Below, in pieces: positions 44,815 to 54,065 of a stretch of 64,000 bases of DNA (its first letter is position 1; every line of letters starts with the position of its first letter). Position numbers and translations under genes: made by a program. Source of the DNA: Actinomycetota bacterium (GTDB taxonomy: Bacteria; Actinomycetota; Thermoleophilia; Solirubrobacterales; Thermoleophilaceae); assembly GCA_046726915.1 (NCBI GenBank), contig JBKPBS010000008.1:10-64009 (forward strand), written 5' to 3'. The notes under the pieces are model-generated. The model did not search any database. It had not been told where the DNA came from and saw only the letters and a list, made by a program, of their open reading frames with translations.

Positions 44815-45828
44815 ATGGGCGCCGTGTTCCTGACCGGCGCCACGGGATTCGTGGGAAGAGAGATCCTGTCGCGCTTTCTCGCACGCGACGATCGGCTCGT
44901 TTTCGCGCTCGTGCGCGCCGCCAACGACGACGAAGCCGCCGGCCGGCTGCCGGCGCATGACCGCCTGACCGCCGTGGCGGGCGACATCGAGCAGAGCGGC
45001 CTCGGGCTCTCCGAGGCCACGAGCGAGCGGCTGCGCCGCGAAGTGACGACCGTGGTGCACTGCGCGGCATCGGTCTCGTTCGACATGCCGCTCGACGAGC
45101 AGCGGAGCGTGAACGTCGAGGGCACGCGCCGCGTGCTGGACTTCGCGCGCAACTGCGCGCGGCTCGAGCGCCTCAGCTACGTCTCGACGGCCTACGTCGC
45201 CGGTGAGCCCGGCCGCCTCTTCCGCGAGGACGAACTCGCGGTGGGCCAGCGCTTCCGCAACCCCTACGAGCGCTCCAAGTTCGAGGCTGAGCTGGCGCTT
45301 CGCAGCGAGGGCGCGGACCTTCCGCTTCAGATACTGCGTCCGAGCATCGTCGTCGGCGACAGCGCCACCGGGCGCACGTCCTCGTTCAACGTCCTCTATG
45401 GACCCCTGAAGGCGTTCGCGCGCGGACGCGTACCGGCTATTCCCGCGAAGCGCGACGCGCCGGTCGACATCGTGCCCGTGGACTACGTGGCGGACCGCGT
45501 CCACGATCTCGCCACGCACGGCCCGAACGGGACCTTCCACCTGGTGGCCGGCCGGAACGCCACGACGGTCGGGCGGCTGCTCGAGATGTCGTCTGAGCAG
45601 CTCGGCCGCGCCGAGCCGACCGTGTTGCCACCGCGCCTGTACCGCCGCTGGGTGCATCCGTGGCTGCGGCGGAAGTACCGGGGCCTGCGGCGGATGGAGG
45701 TGTATTTCCCGTACTTCGCGATGCGGGTGCGCTTCGACGACCGGCGCCTGGGACCGGGTCCGCGGGTCGAGTCCTACTTCCACAAGCTCGTTCGCTACGC
45801 GGAGACGGTGGGCTGGGGCCGCAAGTAG
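44815..45828 (+). CDS. SDR-superfamily thioester/acyl-CoA reductase-like protein (NAD-binding_4 type)
   Basis: VFLTGATGFVGREIL, VVHCAASV, YERSKFEAE (YxxxK) and LRPSIVVGDSATG. Confidence 0.8.
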   Translation: MGAVFLTGATGFVGREILSRFLARDDRLVFALVRAANDDEAAGRLPAHDRLTAVAGDIEQSGLGLSEATSERLRREVTTVVHCAASVSFDMPLDEQRSVNVEGTRRVLDFARNCARLERLSYVSTAYVAGEPGRLFREDELAVGQRFRNPYERSKFEAELALRSEGADLPLQILRPSIVVGDSATGRTSSFNVLYGPLKAFARGRVPAIPAKRDAPVDIVPVDYVADRVHDLATHGPNGTFHLVAGRNATTVGRLLEMSSEQLGRAEPTVLPPRLYRRWVHPWLRRKYRGLRRMEVYFPYFAMRVRFDDRRLGPGPRVESYFHKLVRYAETVGWGRK

Positions 45829-45844
45829 CCCTACCCTTGTCTGC

Positions 45845-46897
45845 GTGATCGAGAAGCTCGTCGAGCAGATCGAGGGCCGCTTCGCCGAGCTTTCGGAGCA
45901 GATGGCGGACCCCGAGGTGATCTCGGACCAGCGGCGCTACGCCGACGTGGGCCGCGCCTACCACAGCCTCGAGCCGGCGCACCTGCTCGCGCAGGAGTGG
46001 CGGCACGCGACCGACGACGCCGCGGGCGCGCGCGAGCTGCTCGCCGAAGACGGGGACGACCCCGAGCTGCGCGAGCTGCTGCGCACCTCCGAGGAGCGGC
46101 TGGCCGAGCTCGAGGAGGAGATCCGGCTCGCCATGGTCGAGCCCGACCCGAACGACGAGAAGGACGTGATCGTCGAGATCCGGCCGGGTGCGGGCGGGGA
46201 GGAGGCCGGGCTGTTCGCCGGCGACCTCTACCGGATGCTCGACCGCTACGCCGACCGGCGCGGCTTCAGGACCGAGCCGATCGAGGTCGGCGACGGCCAT
46301 TTCACCTTCGCGGTGAAGGGCCGGGGCGCGTACAGCGTCTTCAAGTACGAGGGCGGCACGCACCGGGTCCAGCGCGTGCCGGAGACCGAGTCGCAGGGAC
46401 GGATCCACACCTCCACCGCGACCGTCGCGGTGCTCCCCGAGGCGGAGGACGTGGACGTGCACGTGGATCCGAACGACCTGCAGATCGACGTCTACCGCTC
46501 GTCCGGCCCAGGTGGCCAGTCGGTGAACACGACCGACTCGGCGGTGCGGATCACGCACAAGCCGACCGGGCTCGTGGTTTCGATGCAGGACGAGAAGTCG
46601 CAGCTCCAGAACCGCGACAAGGCGATGCGCGTGCTGCGCGCGCGGCTGCTGGAGCGCGAGATGGCGGCGCAGCAGGCGGAGGTCGCGGCGGCGCGACTCG
46701 CGCAGGTGGGGAGCGGCGAGCGCGCCGAGAAGATCCGGACCTACAACTTCCCCCAGGATCGGGTGACCGACCACCGCGTGGGCCTCACCAAGGGCAACCT
46801 GCCCGGCATCCTCGGCGGCGAGCTCGACGACTTCACGGCGGCGCTCGAGGCGGAGGAGAAGCGCCGGATGCTCGAGGCCGCGGAGCCGGTGGGCTGA
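45845..46897 (+). CDS. prfA: Peptide chain release factor 1
   Basis: GGQ motif SGPGGQSVNTTDSAVRITH and RF1-type tripeptide region RVQRVPETESQGRIHTS. GTG start. Confidence 0.95.
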   Translation: MIEKLVEQIEGRFAELSEQMADPEVISDQRRYADVGRAYHSLEPAHLLAQEWRHATDDAAGARELLAEDGDDPELRELLRTSEERLAELEEEIRLAMVEPDPNDEKDVIVEIRPGAGGEEAGLFAGDLYRMLDRYADRRGFRTEPIEVGDGHFTFAVKGRGAYSVFKYEGGTHRVQRVPETESQGRIHTSTATVAVLPEAEDVDVHVDPNDLQIDVYRSSGPGGQSVNTTDSAVRITHKPTGLVVSMQDEKSQLQNRDKAMRVLRARLLEREMAAQQAEVAAARLAQVGSGERAEKIRTYNFPQDRVTDHRVGLTKGNLPGILGGELDDFTAALEAEEKRRMLEAAEPVG

Positions 46898-46934
46898 TGA
46901 CCGCCGCCCCGCGAGCCAAGCTTGCGCTGCGGCG

Positions 46935-47729
46935 ATGACCGCGCGCGACGCCCTCGACGCCGCGACCACCGCCCTCGAGGCGGCCGGCTGCATGACCCCG
47001 CGTCTCGACGCGGAGCTCCTGATCGCGGACGCGCTGGACGTGCGCCGCGAGGACCTCTTCCTCGACCCCGACATGGAGATCCCGCCGCCCGCCGCGCGCG
47101 TGATCGCCGGGCACGTGCGGCGCCGCAACGAGCGCGAGCCGGTCGCCTACATCCTGGGGAAGAAGGGCTTCCGCAACATCGAGCTGAAGGTCGACCGGCG
47201 CGTGCTGGTGCCTCGGCCCGAGAGCGAGCTGCTCGTGGAGGCCGCGCTCGACCTTCCCGAGGGCGCGCGCGTGCACGACGTGGGCACCGGCTCGGGCGCG
47301 ATCGCGCTCGCCCTGCTCGACGAGCGGCCGGACCTTCAGGTCACGGCGTCGGAGGTCTCGCCCGAGGCGGCCGAGCTCGCACGCGAGAACGCGGAGCTGC
47401 TGGGCCTGCCGCTCGAGGTGGAGATCGCCGACGGCCTCCCGCCGGGCCACTACGACCTCGTGATCGCGAACCTCCCGTACGTGCGCGACGACCGCTGGGA
47501 CGGCCTCATGCCCGAAATCAACCGCTACGAGCCGCGCGTCGCGCTCACCGGTGGCGAGGACGGCCTCGACCGGGTCCGCGAGCTGGTCGCGGCGGCGCCG
47601 TCGGGCACGCGGGTGGCGCTCGAGCACGCCGACGACCAGGCGGAAGCGGTCCGCGAGATGCTGGACGACGCCGTCTCGTACCCCGACCTGGCGAACTGGG
47701 ATCGCATCACCGTCGGCCGCGCGCCGTGA
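46935..47729 (+). CDS. prmC: Release-factor glutamine N5-methyltransferase
   Basis: SAM motif VHDVGTGSGAIALAL and catalytic IANLPYV (NPPY variant). Immediately downstream of prfA. Confidence 0.9.
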   Translation: MTARDALDAATTALEAAGCMTPRLDAELLIADALDVRREDLFLDPDMEIPPPAARVIAGHVRRRNEREPVAYILGKKGFRNIELKVDRRVLVPRPESELLVEAALDLPEGARVHDVGTGSGAIALALLDERPDLQVTASEVSPEAAELARENAELLGLPLEVEIADGLPPGHYDLVIANLPYVRDDRWDGLMPEINRYEPRVALTGGEDGLDRVRELVAAAPSGTRVALEHADDQAEAVREMLDDAVSYPDLANWDRITVGRAP

Positions 47730-48337
47730 CGCCGGAGGACGTCCAGACCTTCGAGCGGTGCATATCGGTGGGCGGCGTGGCGATCTTCCCCGCCGACACG
47801 GTCTACGGCCTCGCCACCGAGCCGGACTCGCGCGAGGGGATGGACAGGCTCTACCGGCTGAAGGGCCGCGCCCCTGACAAGCCGGCCGCCGTGATGTTCT
47901 TCCAGCTCGGCAGCGCGCTCGCGGCGCTGCCGGAGCTGGGCGAGCGCACGCGCGCGGCCGCCGAGCGCCTGCTTCCGGGCGCGCTAACTCTGTTGCTGCC
48001 GAACCCCGCGCGGCGCTTCCCGCTCGCCTGCGGGCCGGAGCCCGAGCGCATCGGGCTGCGCGTGCCGCTGCTCGAGGGCGCGCTCGGCCCTCTGGCGACG
48101 GTCGGTTGGCCCGTGCTCCAGTCGAGCGCGAACCGGGCCGGCGAGCCTGACCCACGCCGGGTCGCGGAGATCGACGAGCGCGTCCGGGCCGGGGTGGACC
48201 TGGTGCTCGACGCGGGCGAGCTGCCCGGCACTCCCTCGACGGTCGTGGACCTCACCCGCTACGAGCGTGACGGCGAGTGGCGGGTTCTGCGCGAGGGCGC
48301 CGTGCCGTCCGGGGAGATCGACGTACTACTGGTGTGA
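47726..48337 (+). CDS. tsaC: L-threonylcarbamoyladenylate synthase (TsaC/YwlC type, no Sua5 domain)
   Basis: GTG 47726 overlaps the prmC stop (GTGA). FPADTVYGLA, LKGRAPDKP, QSSANRAGEP and GTPSTVVDL. Confidence 0.9.
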   Translation: MTPEDVQTFERCISVGGVAIFPADTVYGLATEPDSREGMDRLYRLKGRAPDKPAAVMFFQLGSALAALPELGERTRAAAERLLPGALTLLLPNPARRFPLACGPEPERIGLRVPLLEGALGPLATVGWPVLQSSANRAGEPDPRRVAEIDERVRAGVDLVLDAGELPGTPSTVVDLTRYERDGEWRVLREGAVPSGEIDVLLV

Positions 48338-48765
48338 CCTTCCAGCAGCGCCTTCAGTGCGGCGAAGTTGGCGTCCACGCCTCTCTTGACCGCCGACCGA
48401 GCAAGCTGCGGCAGGAGGGCCGCGGGCCGCGGCAGCTCGACCTCCGCGCTGAGATGCACGACGGTCTCGCCGTTCTCGGCGGAGAACCGGTAGCGGTAGT
48501 GGAATGGCGTCGGGCCTTCGCTCGCTCGGACCACGAGCTCGCTGGGCCGCTCGATCGCCACGATCTCGAGTTTGTTCACCGCGCGGCCATTCGGAAGCTC
48601 CCGCACCATCGAGTACGTCGACGCTGCGCCGGTATCGCCCGCTGAGGTCTTCCGCACGTCCCGGACGGCTGAGTTCCAGCGCGGAAAGTTGAGCGGGTCC
48701 GACACGTAGGAGAAGACCTCCTCGATTGGGCGACTGATGCGCGTGCCTGTCTCGAAGCTGATCAC
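48259..48765 (-). CDS. SRPBCC-family (polyketide cyclase/dehydrase-like) protein
   Basis: ISRPIEEVFSYVSDPLNFPRWNSAV.... Its 3' tail overlaps the end of tsaC. 4-nt overlap with the upstream MBL gene. Confidence 0.8.
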   Translation of the reverse strand: MISFETGTRISRPIEEVFSYVSDPLNFPRWNSAVRDVRKTSAGDTGAASTYSMVRELPNGRAVNKLEIVAIERPSELVVRASEGPTPFHYRYRFSAENGETVVHLSAEVELPRPAALLPQLARSAVKRGVDANFAALKALLEGHTSSTSISPDGTAPSRRTRHSPSRS

Positions 48766-49613
48766 ACCGCCACCTCCCCGGGGACCGGATGGACGAGCCG
48801 CCGTTCGGCGAGGCGGGCGCCCGTCTCTGGGTCGTGGGCGACGAGGTAGACCGTGGCGTTCGCCGCGGCGAACGCGCGGATCCGCTCGTGCGTGAGCAGC
48901 TCCGCCTCCTCATCGGCGCCGACGCCATCGGCCTTCCCGCGGAGCATGAGCTCCTGCGTGTAGGAGCTGTCACCGGCAAGGAAGACCGAGCGGTCGCCGT
49001 TGTCGACCACAACACCGATCTGGCCCGGGGTGTGGCCGGGAACCGGCACCAGCGTGACGTCGCCGGCGTCCGTGAGGCGCAGGCTCTGCGGGAACGGCCC
49101 GAACGGCTCCGGTTCGAGCTCGATCGCGTTCGGCCTGAACCACTCCGGCCAGCGCTTGTTCGCGACGTATCCGCGGACGCGGCCGCGCAGCCCTGACGCG
49201 AACTCGAGTTCTGTGCGAGTGACGAGGATCTCGTTGTTGGGGAAGTGGTGCAGGCCGCCGGCGTGGTCGGTGTGCAGGTGGGTCATCAGCACCCAGCGGA
49301 CGTCCCGTGGCCTGATGCCGAGCCGCTCCAGCTGTGGGCCGATCTCCTGCTCCGGCTCGACCCACTCGCGAAAGGCGCGCAGGCCTGGGTGCCAGCGCGC
49401 AAAGTAGCTGCGCTGGGATGCGCGGGCGTCCTCGCCGGTGTCGACGACGATCACCCCCTCCGGGTGCTCGATCGCGAAGGCGTAGATCGGAAGCGGCTCC
49501 GTCCACTCGCGATCAACGATCGCGTTCAGCAGGCGGCGCCTGCCGCGGCCGACGCCCTCGCGCCAAGCGGTGGTGATGGCGACCGTTCCTGTCTGGATCG
49601 CGTGGATCTTCAC
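48762..49613 (-). CDS. MBL-fold metallo-hydrolase (N-acyl-homoserine-lactonase-like)
   Basis: THLHTDHAGGL (HxHxDH), PVPGHTPGQ and VAHD. Confidence 0.85.
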   Translation of the reverse strand: MKIHAIQTGTVAITTAWREGVGRGRRRLLNAIVDREWTEPLPIYAFAIEHPEGVIVVDTGEDARASQRSYFARWHPGLRAFREWVEPEQEIGPQLERLGIRPRDVRWVLMTHLHTDHAGGLHHFPNNEILVTRTELEFASGLRGRVRGYVANKRWPEWFRPNAIELEPEPFGPFPQSLRLTDAGDVTLVPVPGHTPGQIGVVVDNGDRSVFLAGDSSYTQELMLRGKADGVGADEEAELLTHERIRAFAAANATVYLVAHDPETGARLAERRLVHPVPGEVAV

Positions 49614-50230
49614 TTTCGTCCTTCCCCTCGTGTCTTGGTGGCCTTCGTACGGCGGGACTCGCCCGGCGAGAAGCCGCGCAGCATCAGGTCGGCGACGCCC
49701 GCTGCGAGCGGCTCGTCGATCGGGCCGCCGGTGATCAGAAGCCGGTAGAAGAGCGGCCCGCCGAGCAGGTCAAGCGCCAATTCGAAATCGAGGTCGGGAC
49801 GCAAATCCCCGCGCGCAACGCCCCGGCGAAGCACTTCGCTGAGCGCCGCGCGCCGGGGGACCAGGAACCCCTCCCTGACGGCCCTGGCCAGCTCCGGCTT
49901 GCGGGCCATGGCGCCGATCAGGTTCGGCATCAGCCGGCCCGCGAGAGACCCGCCGCGGTAGAGCTCGACGGCCTCCCGCATCAGGACCAACAGGTCCTCT
50001 CGGGTCGAGCCCGTGTCCGGCACGACGATCTCCTCGCTGACGAGCGCGGCGATCGCCGCCGTGACCAGCTCGTCCTTCGAGCCGTACCGGCGGTAGATGG
50101 CGCCCTTGCCAACGCCGGCGCGGGCGGCGACGTCCTCGGTCCTGAACTCGTATGCGCCGAGTTCCGCGATCAGCTCGAGCGTGGCCTCGAGAATCGCGCG
50201 GTCGGTCCGCGCGTCACGCGGCCTTCCCAT
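49610..50230 (-). CDS. TetR-family transcriptional regulator
   Basis: ATG 50230. RDARTDRAILEATLELIAELGAYEFRTEDVAARAGVGKGAIYRRYGSKDELV. Confidence 0.9.
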   Translation of the reverse strand: MGRPRDARTDRAILEATLELIAELGAYEFRTEDVAARAGVGKGAIYRRYGSKDELVTAAIAALVSEEIVVPDTGSTREDLLVLMREAVELYRGGSLAGRLMPNLIGAMARKPELARAVREGFLVPRRAALSEVLRRGVARGDLRPDLDFELALDLLGGPLFYRLLITGGPIDEPLAAGVADLMLRGFSPGESRRTKATKTRGEGRK

Positions 50231-50287
50231 CGCACGTTCGGCTTCAGCGTGACTCTGCAAATCGGCTTCCCTTTGTAGAACTGATGA

Positions 50288-50320
50288 GTACCGGATATGA
50301 CTGTAGCACACTTCCGGTAC
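50288..50320. promoter_or_regulatory. 8-bp inverted repeat in the TetR/glyA divergent region (operator or leader hairpin candidate)
   Basis: GTACCGGA-N17-TCCGGTAC, in an AT-richer 141-nt intergenic segment. Confidence 0.35.
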
Positions 50321-50371
50321 GCACAAGTCTCATAAGTCGAGACGTGTGACGCCGGTGGTACGGTCCCTCCG

Positions 50372-51658
50372 ATGAGCGATCTGAGCCCGGATTACTTCAC
50401 CAAGCCAGTCGCCGAGGTCGATCCGGAGATCGCCGAGGTGCTCAAGGACGAGGCCGCGCGCCAGGAGCGGACGCTCGAGATGATCGCGTCCGAGAACTTC
50501 GTGCCGCAGTCGGTGCTCGACTGCCAGGGGTCGGTGCTCACGAACAAGTACGCCGAGGGCTATCCGGGCAGGCGCTACTACGGCGGCTGCGAGCACGTGG
50601 ACGTGGCCGAGCAGCTCGCGATCGACCGCGCCAAGGCCCTGTTCGGGGCCGACCACGTGAACGTGCAGCCTCACTCCGGCGCGCAGGCCAACTCGGCCGT
50701 CTACATGGCGCTGCTCGACCCGGGCGACCGCATCCTCGGCATGAAGCTGGACCATGGGGGCCACCTGTCGCACGGGATGAAGATCAACTTCTCCGGGCTC
50801 TACTTCGACATCGTGGCCTACGGCGTGCGCGAGGAGGACTCGCGGCTCGACATGGACGAGCTCGCGCAGATAGCGGAGGACTCGAGGCCGAAGCTGATCA
50901 TCGCCGGCTGGTCGGCCTACCCGCGCCAGCTCGACTTCCAGCGCTTCCGCCAGATCGCGGACTCGGTCGGCGCGATCCTGATGGCCGACATGGCGCACTT
51001 CGCCGGGCTCGTCGCGGCTGAGGAGCACCCGAGCCCCGTGCCGTACTGCGACGTGGTCACCACCACCACGCACAAGACGCTCGGCGGCGGCCGCGGCGGC
51101 ATGATCCTGTGCCGCGAGGAGTACGCCAAGAAGATCGACTCGCGCGTGTTCCCCGGTCACCAGGGCGGGCCCCTGATGCACAACATCGCCGGCAAGGCGG
51201 TGACCTTCAAGATCGCGCAGTCGGATCTCTTCCGCGAGCGCCAGCGCCGCACCCGCGAGGGCGCCGCGATTCTCGCGGAGGAGATGGTCGCGGCCGGAGT
51301 GAATGTGCTCACCGGCGGCACCGACGTTCACCTGGTGCTCGCCGACCTGCGCGAGTCGGAGCTCGACGGCAAGCAGGCCGAGGACCGGCTGCACGAGATC
51401 GGGATCACGGTCAACCGGAACGCGGTGCCGTTCGACCCGCGACCGCCGGCGGTCTCGTCAGGGCTGCGGATCGGCACGCCGGCGCTCGCCACGCGGGGCT
51501 TCCAGGCGGACGACTTCCGCGAGGTCGGCCGGGTGATCGGAGAGGCGCTCACCGGCGAGTTCTCCGACTCGCACCGCAGCGAGCTCGCCGAGCGGACCCG
51601 CGCACTGTCCGACAAGCATCCGCTCTACCCGCAGCTGGTCGAGCCCGCCGTCGCGTAG
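50372..51658 (+). CDS. glyA: Serine hydroxymethyltransferase
   Basis: [27 protein letters not shown] and [14 protein letters not shown] (PLP lysine). Confidence 0.95.
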   Translation: MSDLSPDYFTKPVAEVDPEIAEVLKDEAARQERTLEMIASENFVPQSVLDCQGSVLTNKYAEGYPGRRYYGGCEHVDVAEQLAIDRAKALFGADHVNVQPHSGAQANSAVYMALLDPGDRILGMKLDHGGHLSHGMKINFSGLYFDIVAYGVREEDSRLDMDELAQIAEDSRPKLIIAGWSAYPRQLDFQRFRQIADSVGAILMADMAHFAGLVAAEEHPSPVPYCDVVTTTTHKTLGGGRGGMILCREEYAKKIDSRVFPGHQGGPLMHNIAGKAVTFKIAQSDLFRERQRRTREGAAILAEEMVAAGVNVLTGGTDVHLVLADLRESELDGKQAEDRLHEIGITVNRNAVPFDPRPPAVSSGLRIGTPALATRGFQADDFREVGRVIGEALTGEFSDSHRSELAERTRALSDKHPLYPQLVEPAVA

Positions 51659-51707
51659 GGCCATCTTCGAGCTCGAGGGGATCAGTCTGGCGCGCGACGG
51701 GCGGCCG

Positions 51708-52280
51708 GTGCTTCGCGACGTGTCGCTGTCGATACCGCGGGGATCGACCGCCCTGCTCGGGCCGTCGGGCTGCGGCAAGTCGACGCTGCTCCGCTTGCTC
51801 AACCGTCTCGCCGACCCGGACGAGGGATCGGTCCGCTTCCACGGCACGGATGTGCGGGAGCTGGACCCGCTCGAGCTGCGGCGCCGCGTGGGGCTGGTTC
51901 CGCAGCTGCCCGCGCCGGTCCCCGGCAGCGTTGCCGACAACGTTCAGTTCGGTCCTCGCCTGGACGGCCGCGAGGCCGATCCCGGGGAGCCGGTCAGGTT
52001 GGCGGGCTTGGATTCCTCGTTCCTGGACCGGGACGCCTCGCGCCTGTCGGTGGGGGAGCAGCAGCGCGTGATGCTCGCTCGGGCACTCGCCCTGCAGCCC
52101 GAGGTGCTGCTGCTCGACGAGCCGACCGCGTCGCTCGACTCCGCCGCCACCGCCGCGGTGGAGGAAGCCCTCCGGGCCCTCGGTGGGGTCTCTCTCGTCC
52201 TCGTGACCCACGATCGGGGTCAGGCCGAGCGGCTGGCAGAGCGGACGATCGAGCTCGAGGCGGGAAGGCTGAAGAAGTGA
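51708..52280 (+). CDS. fetA: ABC transporter ATP-binding protein, FetA (YbbL)-like
   Basis: Walker A GPSGCGKST, signature LSVGEQQR and Walker B LLLDEPT. Conserved-looking N-terminal residues (IFELEGISLARDGRP) lie in frame upstream of the first canonical start (see finding). Confidence 0.85.
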   Translation: MLRDVSLSIPRGSTALLGPSGCGKSTLLRLLNRLADPDEGSVRFHGTDVRELDPLELRRRVGLVPQLPAPVPGSVADNVQFGPRLDGREADPGEPVRLAGLDSSFLDRDASRLSVGEQQRVMLARALALQPEVLLLDEPTASLDSAATAAVEEALRALGGVSLVLVTHDRGQAERLAERTIELEAGRLKK

Positions 52281-53053
52281 GCATCGCGGCGAGCACCGTC
52301 TCGATCACACTTGGCGAGGTCGCCGCCTCGCTTGTGCTGATCGCGGTCGCGATCGCCGTCTCCTTCTGGCGCCGGGCGGAGCTGGAGCAGGACATCGCGG
52401 TCGCCGTGCTGCGCTCCTTCGTCCAGCTCACGGCAGTGGGCTACGTGATCCAGGCGATCTTCGACACCGACAGCCTCTGGCTCGTGGTCGCGCTGCTCGC
52501 CGGCATGGTCGCGTTCGGCGCCTGGACCGCGCGCGGGCGCGCGAAGGCCGTGCCGGGCGCAACGGGCCCGATCCTGTTGGCCCTCGCCGTGGCCGCGGCC
52601 GTCACCCTGGGGCTCGTGCTCGCACTCGGCGTGTTCAAGGCGGAGCCGCGCTACCTCGTCCCGGTGGGCGGGATGGTGATCGGCAACTCGATGACGGCGG
52701 TGGCCGTGGCGCTCAACCGGCTGGCCGACGAGATGCACGAGGGCCGCCGCCAGATCGAGGCGATGCTGGCGCTCGGCGCGACCTCGTTCCAGGCGGCGCG
52801 CGGCACGGTGGCGCGCAGCCTTCGCTCGGGGATGATCCCGCTCATCGACTCCACGAAGACGACCGGGATCGTCTTCTTCCCCGGCACGATGGTTGGGATG
52901 CTGGTGGCGGGCGCGGAGCCGGTCGACGCCGTGCGCCTTCAGCTGGTGCTGCTTTGGGTCCTGCTGGGTGCCGTCGCGCTCGCCGCATTGATCGCCGTCT
53001 CGCTGGGGTACCGAGGTTTCTTCACGGATGCCCATCAGCTCCGCGAGAGTTAG
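52277..53053 (+). CDS. fetB: ABC permease, FetB (YbbM, UPF0014)-like
   Basis: 258 aa, about 7 TM helices, with PVGGMVIGNSMTAVAVALNRL and IDSTKTTGIVFFPGTMVGM. GTGA overlap with the ATPase gene. Confidence 0.85.
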   Translation: MSIAASTVSITLGEVAASLVLIAVAIAVSFWRRAELEQDIAVAVLRSFVQLTAVGYVIQAIFDTDSLWLVVALLAGMVAFGAWTARGRAKAVPGATGPILLALAVAAAVTLGLVLALGVFKAEPRYLVPVGGMVIGNSMTAVAVALNRLADEMHEGRRQIEAMLALGATSFQAARGTVARSLRSGMIPLIDSTKTTGIVFFPGTMVGMLVAGAEPVDAVRLQLVLLWVLLGAVALAALIAVSLGYRGFFTDAHQLRES

Positions 53054-53057
53054 CCGG

Positions 53058-54065
53058 GTGAGGATCTGGATCGACATCACGGCGCCGGCGCATGTCCTCG
53101 TGTTCCGGCCGATCATCGAGGTCTTCCGGGCTCGCGGGCACGACGTGACCGTGACGGCGCGCGACTATGCCCAGACGCTTCAGCTGCTGGAGCTCCACGG
53201 TATCGAGCACACCGCGTTCGGGCGGCACGGCGGCGCGTCGCGCGCGCGGAAGCTCACCTCGCTCGTCGAGCGCACGTGGCGCGCGCGGCGGTTCGCGCAG
53301 CAGGGCAATTTCGAGCTCGCCTTCGCTCATGGCTCGAATGACCTGGCGCTCGCCGCGGCGTCGCTCGGAATCCCTGCCGTCAACATGTTCGACTACGAGT
53401 TCGCCGTGCAGCAGCACAACATCGGCTGCAGATTGGCGCGCCGGGTGATGACCCCGGACCGGATTCCGCCTGAGCGCCTGGCAAGGTACGGTGCCGGGCC
53501 GGAGAAACTTGCGCAGTTCCCGGGCCTAAAGGAGGAGTACTACCTCGCTGACTTCGAGCCGGACCCCGCGATCATGGAGCGCCTCGGCGTCGATCCGGAG
53601 CGCGTCACCGTCGTCATCCGGCCGCCCCCGGACGTCTCGCTCTACCACCGGCGTGCCAACCGGCTGTTCCCCGAGGTCGTGGCGACGCTGGGGACGGACG
53701 AGGGCGTTCACGCGATCGTGGTGCCGCGCACGGAGGAGCAGCGGACGTTCGTGAAGAGGCTCCGCCTCCCGTCGCTGATCGTCCCGGACGGTGCCGTCGA
53801 CGCCCAGAGCCTCATCGCGGCCGCCGACCTCGTGGTTTCGGCCGGCGGCACGATGAACCGCGAGGCCGTCGCGCTCGGGATCCCGGTCTATACGACCTAC
53901 GGCGGTCGCCTCGGCGGGGTGGACGAGGCCCTGATCCGCGAGGGCCGGCTCCGCCCGCTTACGAGCGCCAACGCGATCGAGGTGAAGAAGCGCCCGCCCA
54001 GTGGCGAGCGCGAGCGCCGCGACCCGGCGCTGCTCGCGGACCTCGCGCTCGAGGTGGTGAGCTAG
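53058..54065 (+). CDS. DUF354-family protein (GT-B glycosyltransferase-like)
   Basis: VRIWIDITAPAHVLVFRPIIEVFRARGHDVTVTARDYAQTLQLL matches the DUF354 N-terminus. GTG 53058 lies just after the fetB stop. Confidence 0.75.
   Translation: MRIWIDITAPAHVLVFRPIIEVFRARGHDVTVTARDYAQTLQLLELHGIEHTAFGRHGGASRARKLTSLVERTWRARRFAQQGNFELAFAHGSNDLALAAASLGIPAVNMFDYEFAVQQHNIGCRLARRVMTPDRIPPERLARYGAGPEKLAQFPGLKEEYYLADFEPDPAIMERLGVDPERVTVVIRPPPDVSLYHRRANRLFPEVVATLGTDEGVHAIVVPRTEEQRTFVKRLRLPSLIVPDGAVDAQSLIAAADLVVSAGGTMNREAVALGIPVYTTYGGRLGGVDEALIREGRLRPLTSANAIEVKKRPPSGERERRDPALLADLALEVVS

Noticed and set aside
50231-50371. ZTP (pfl) riboswitch in front of glyA
   Set aside because: glyA is a known ZTP-riboswitch target, and there are faint resemblances (AUGACUGUAGC versus the UGACUGGCG-like core, and CGCCGGUGGUAC versus CCGCCUGGGCA). 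The conserved ACCGGG and CCGCCUGGGC elements are not intact. The inverted repeat fits an operator or hairpin equally well.
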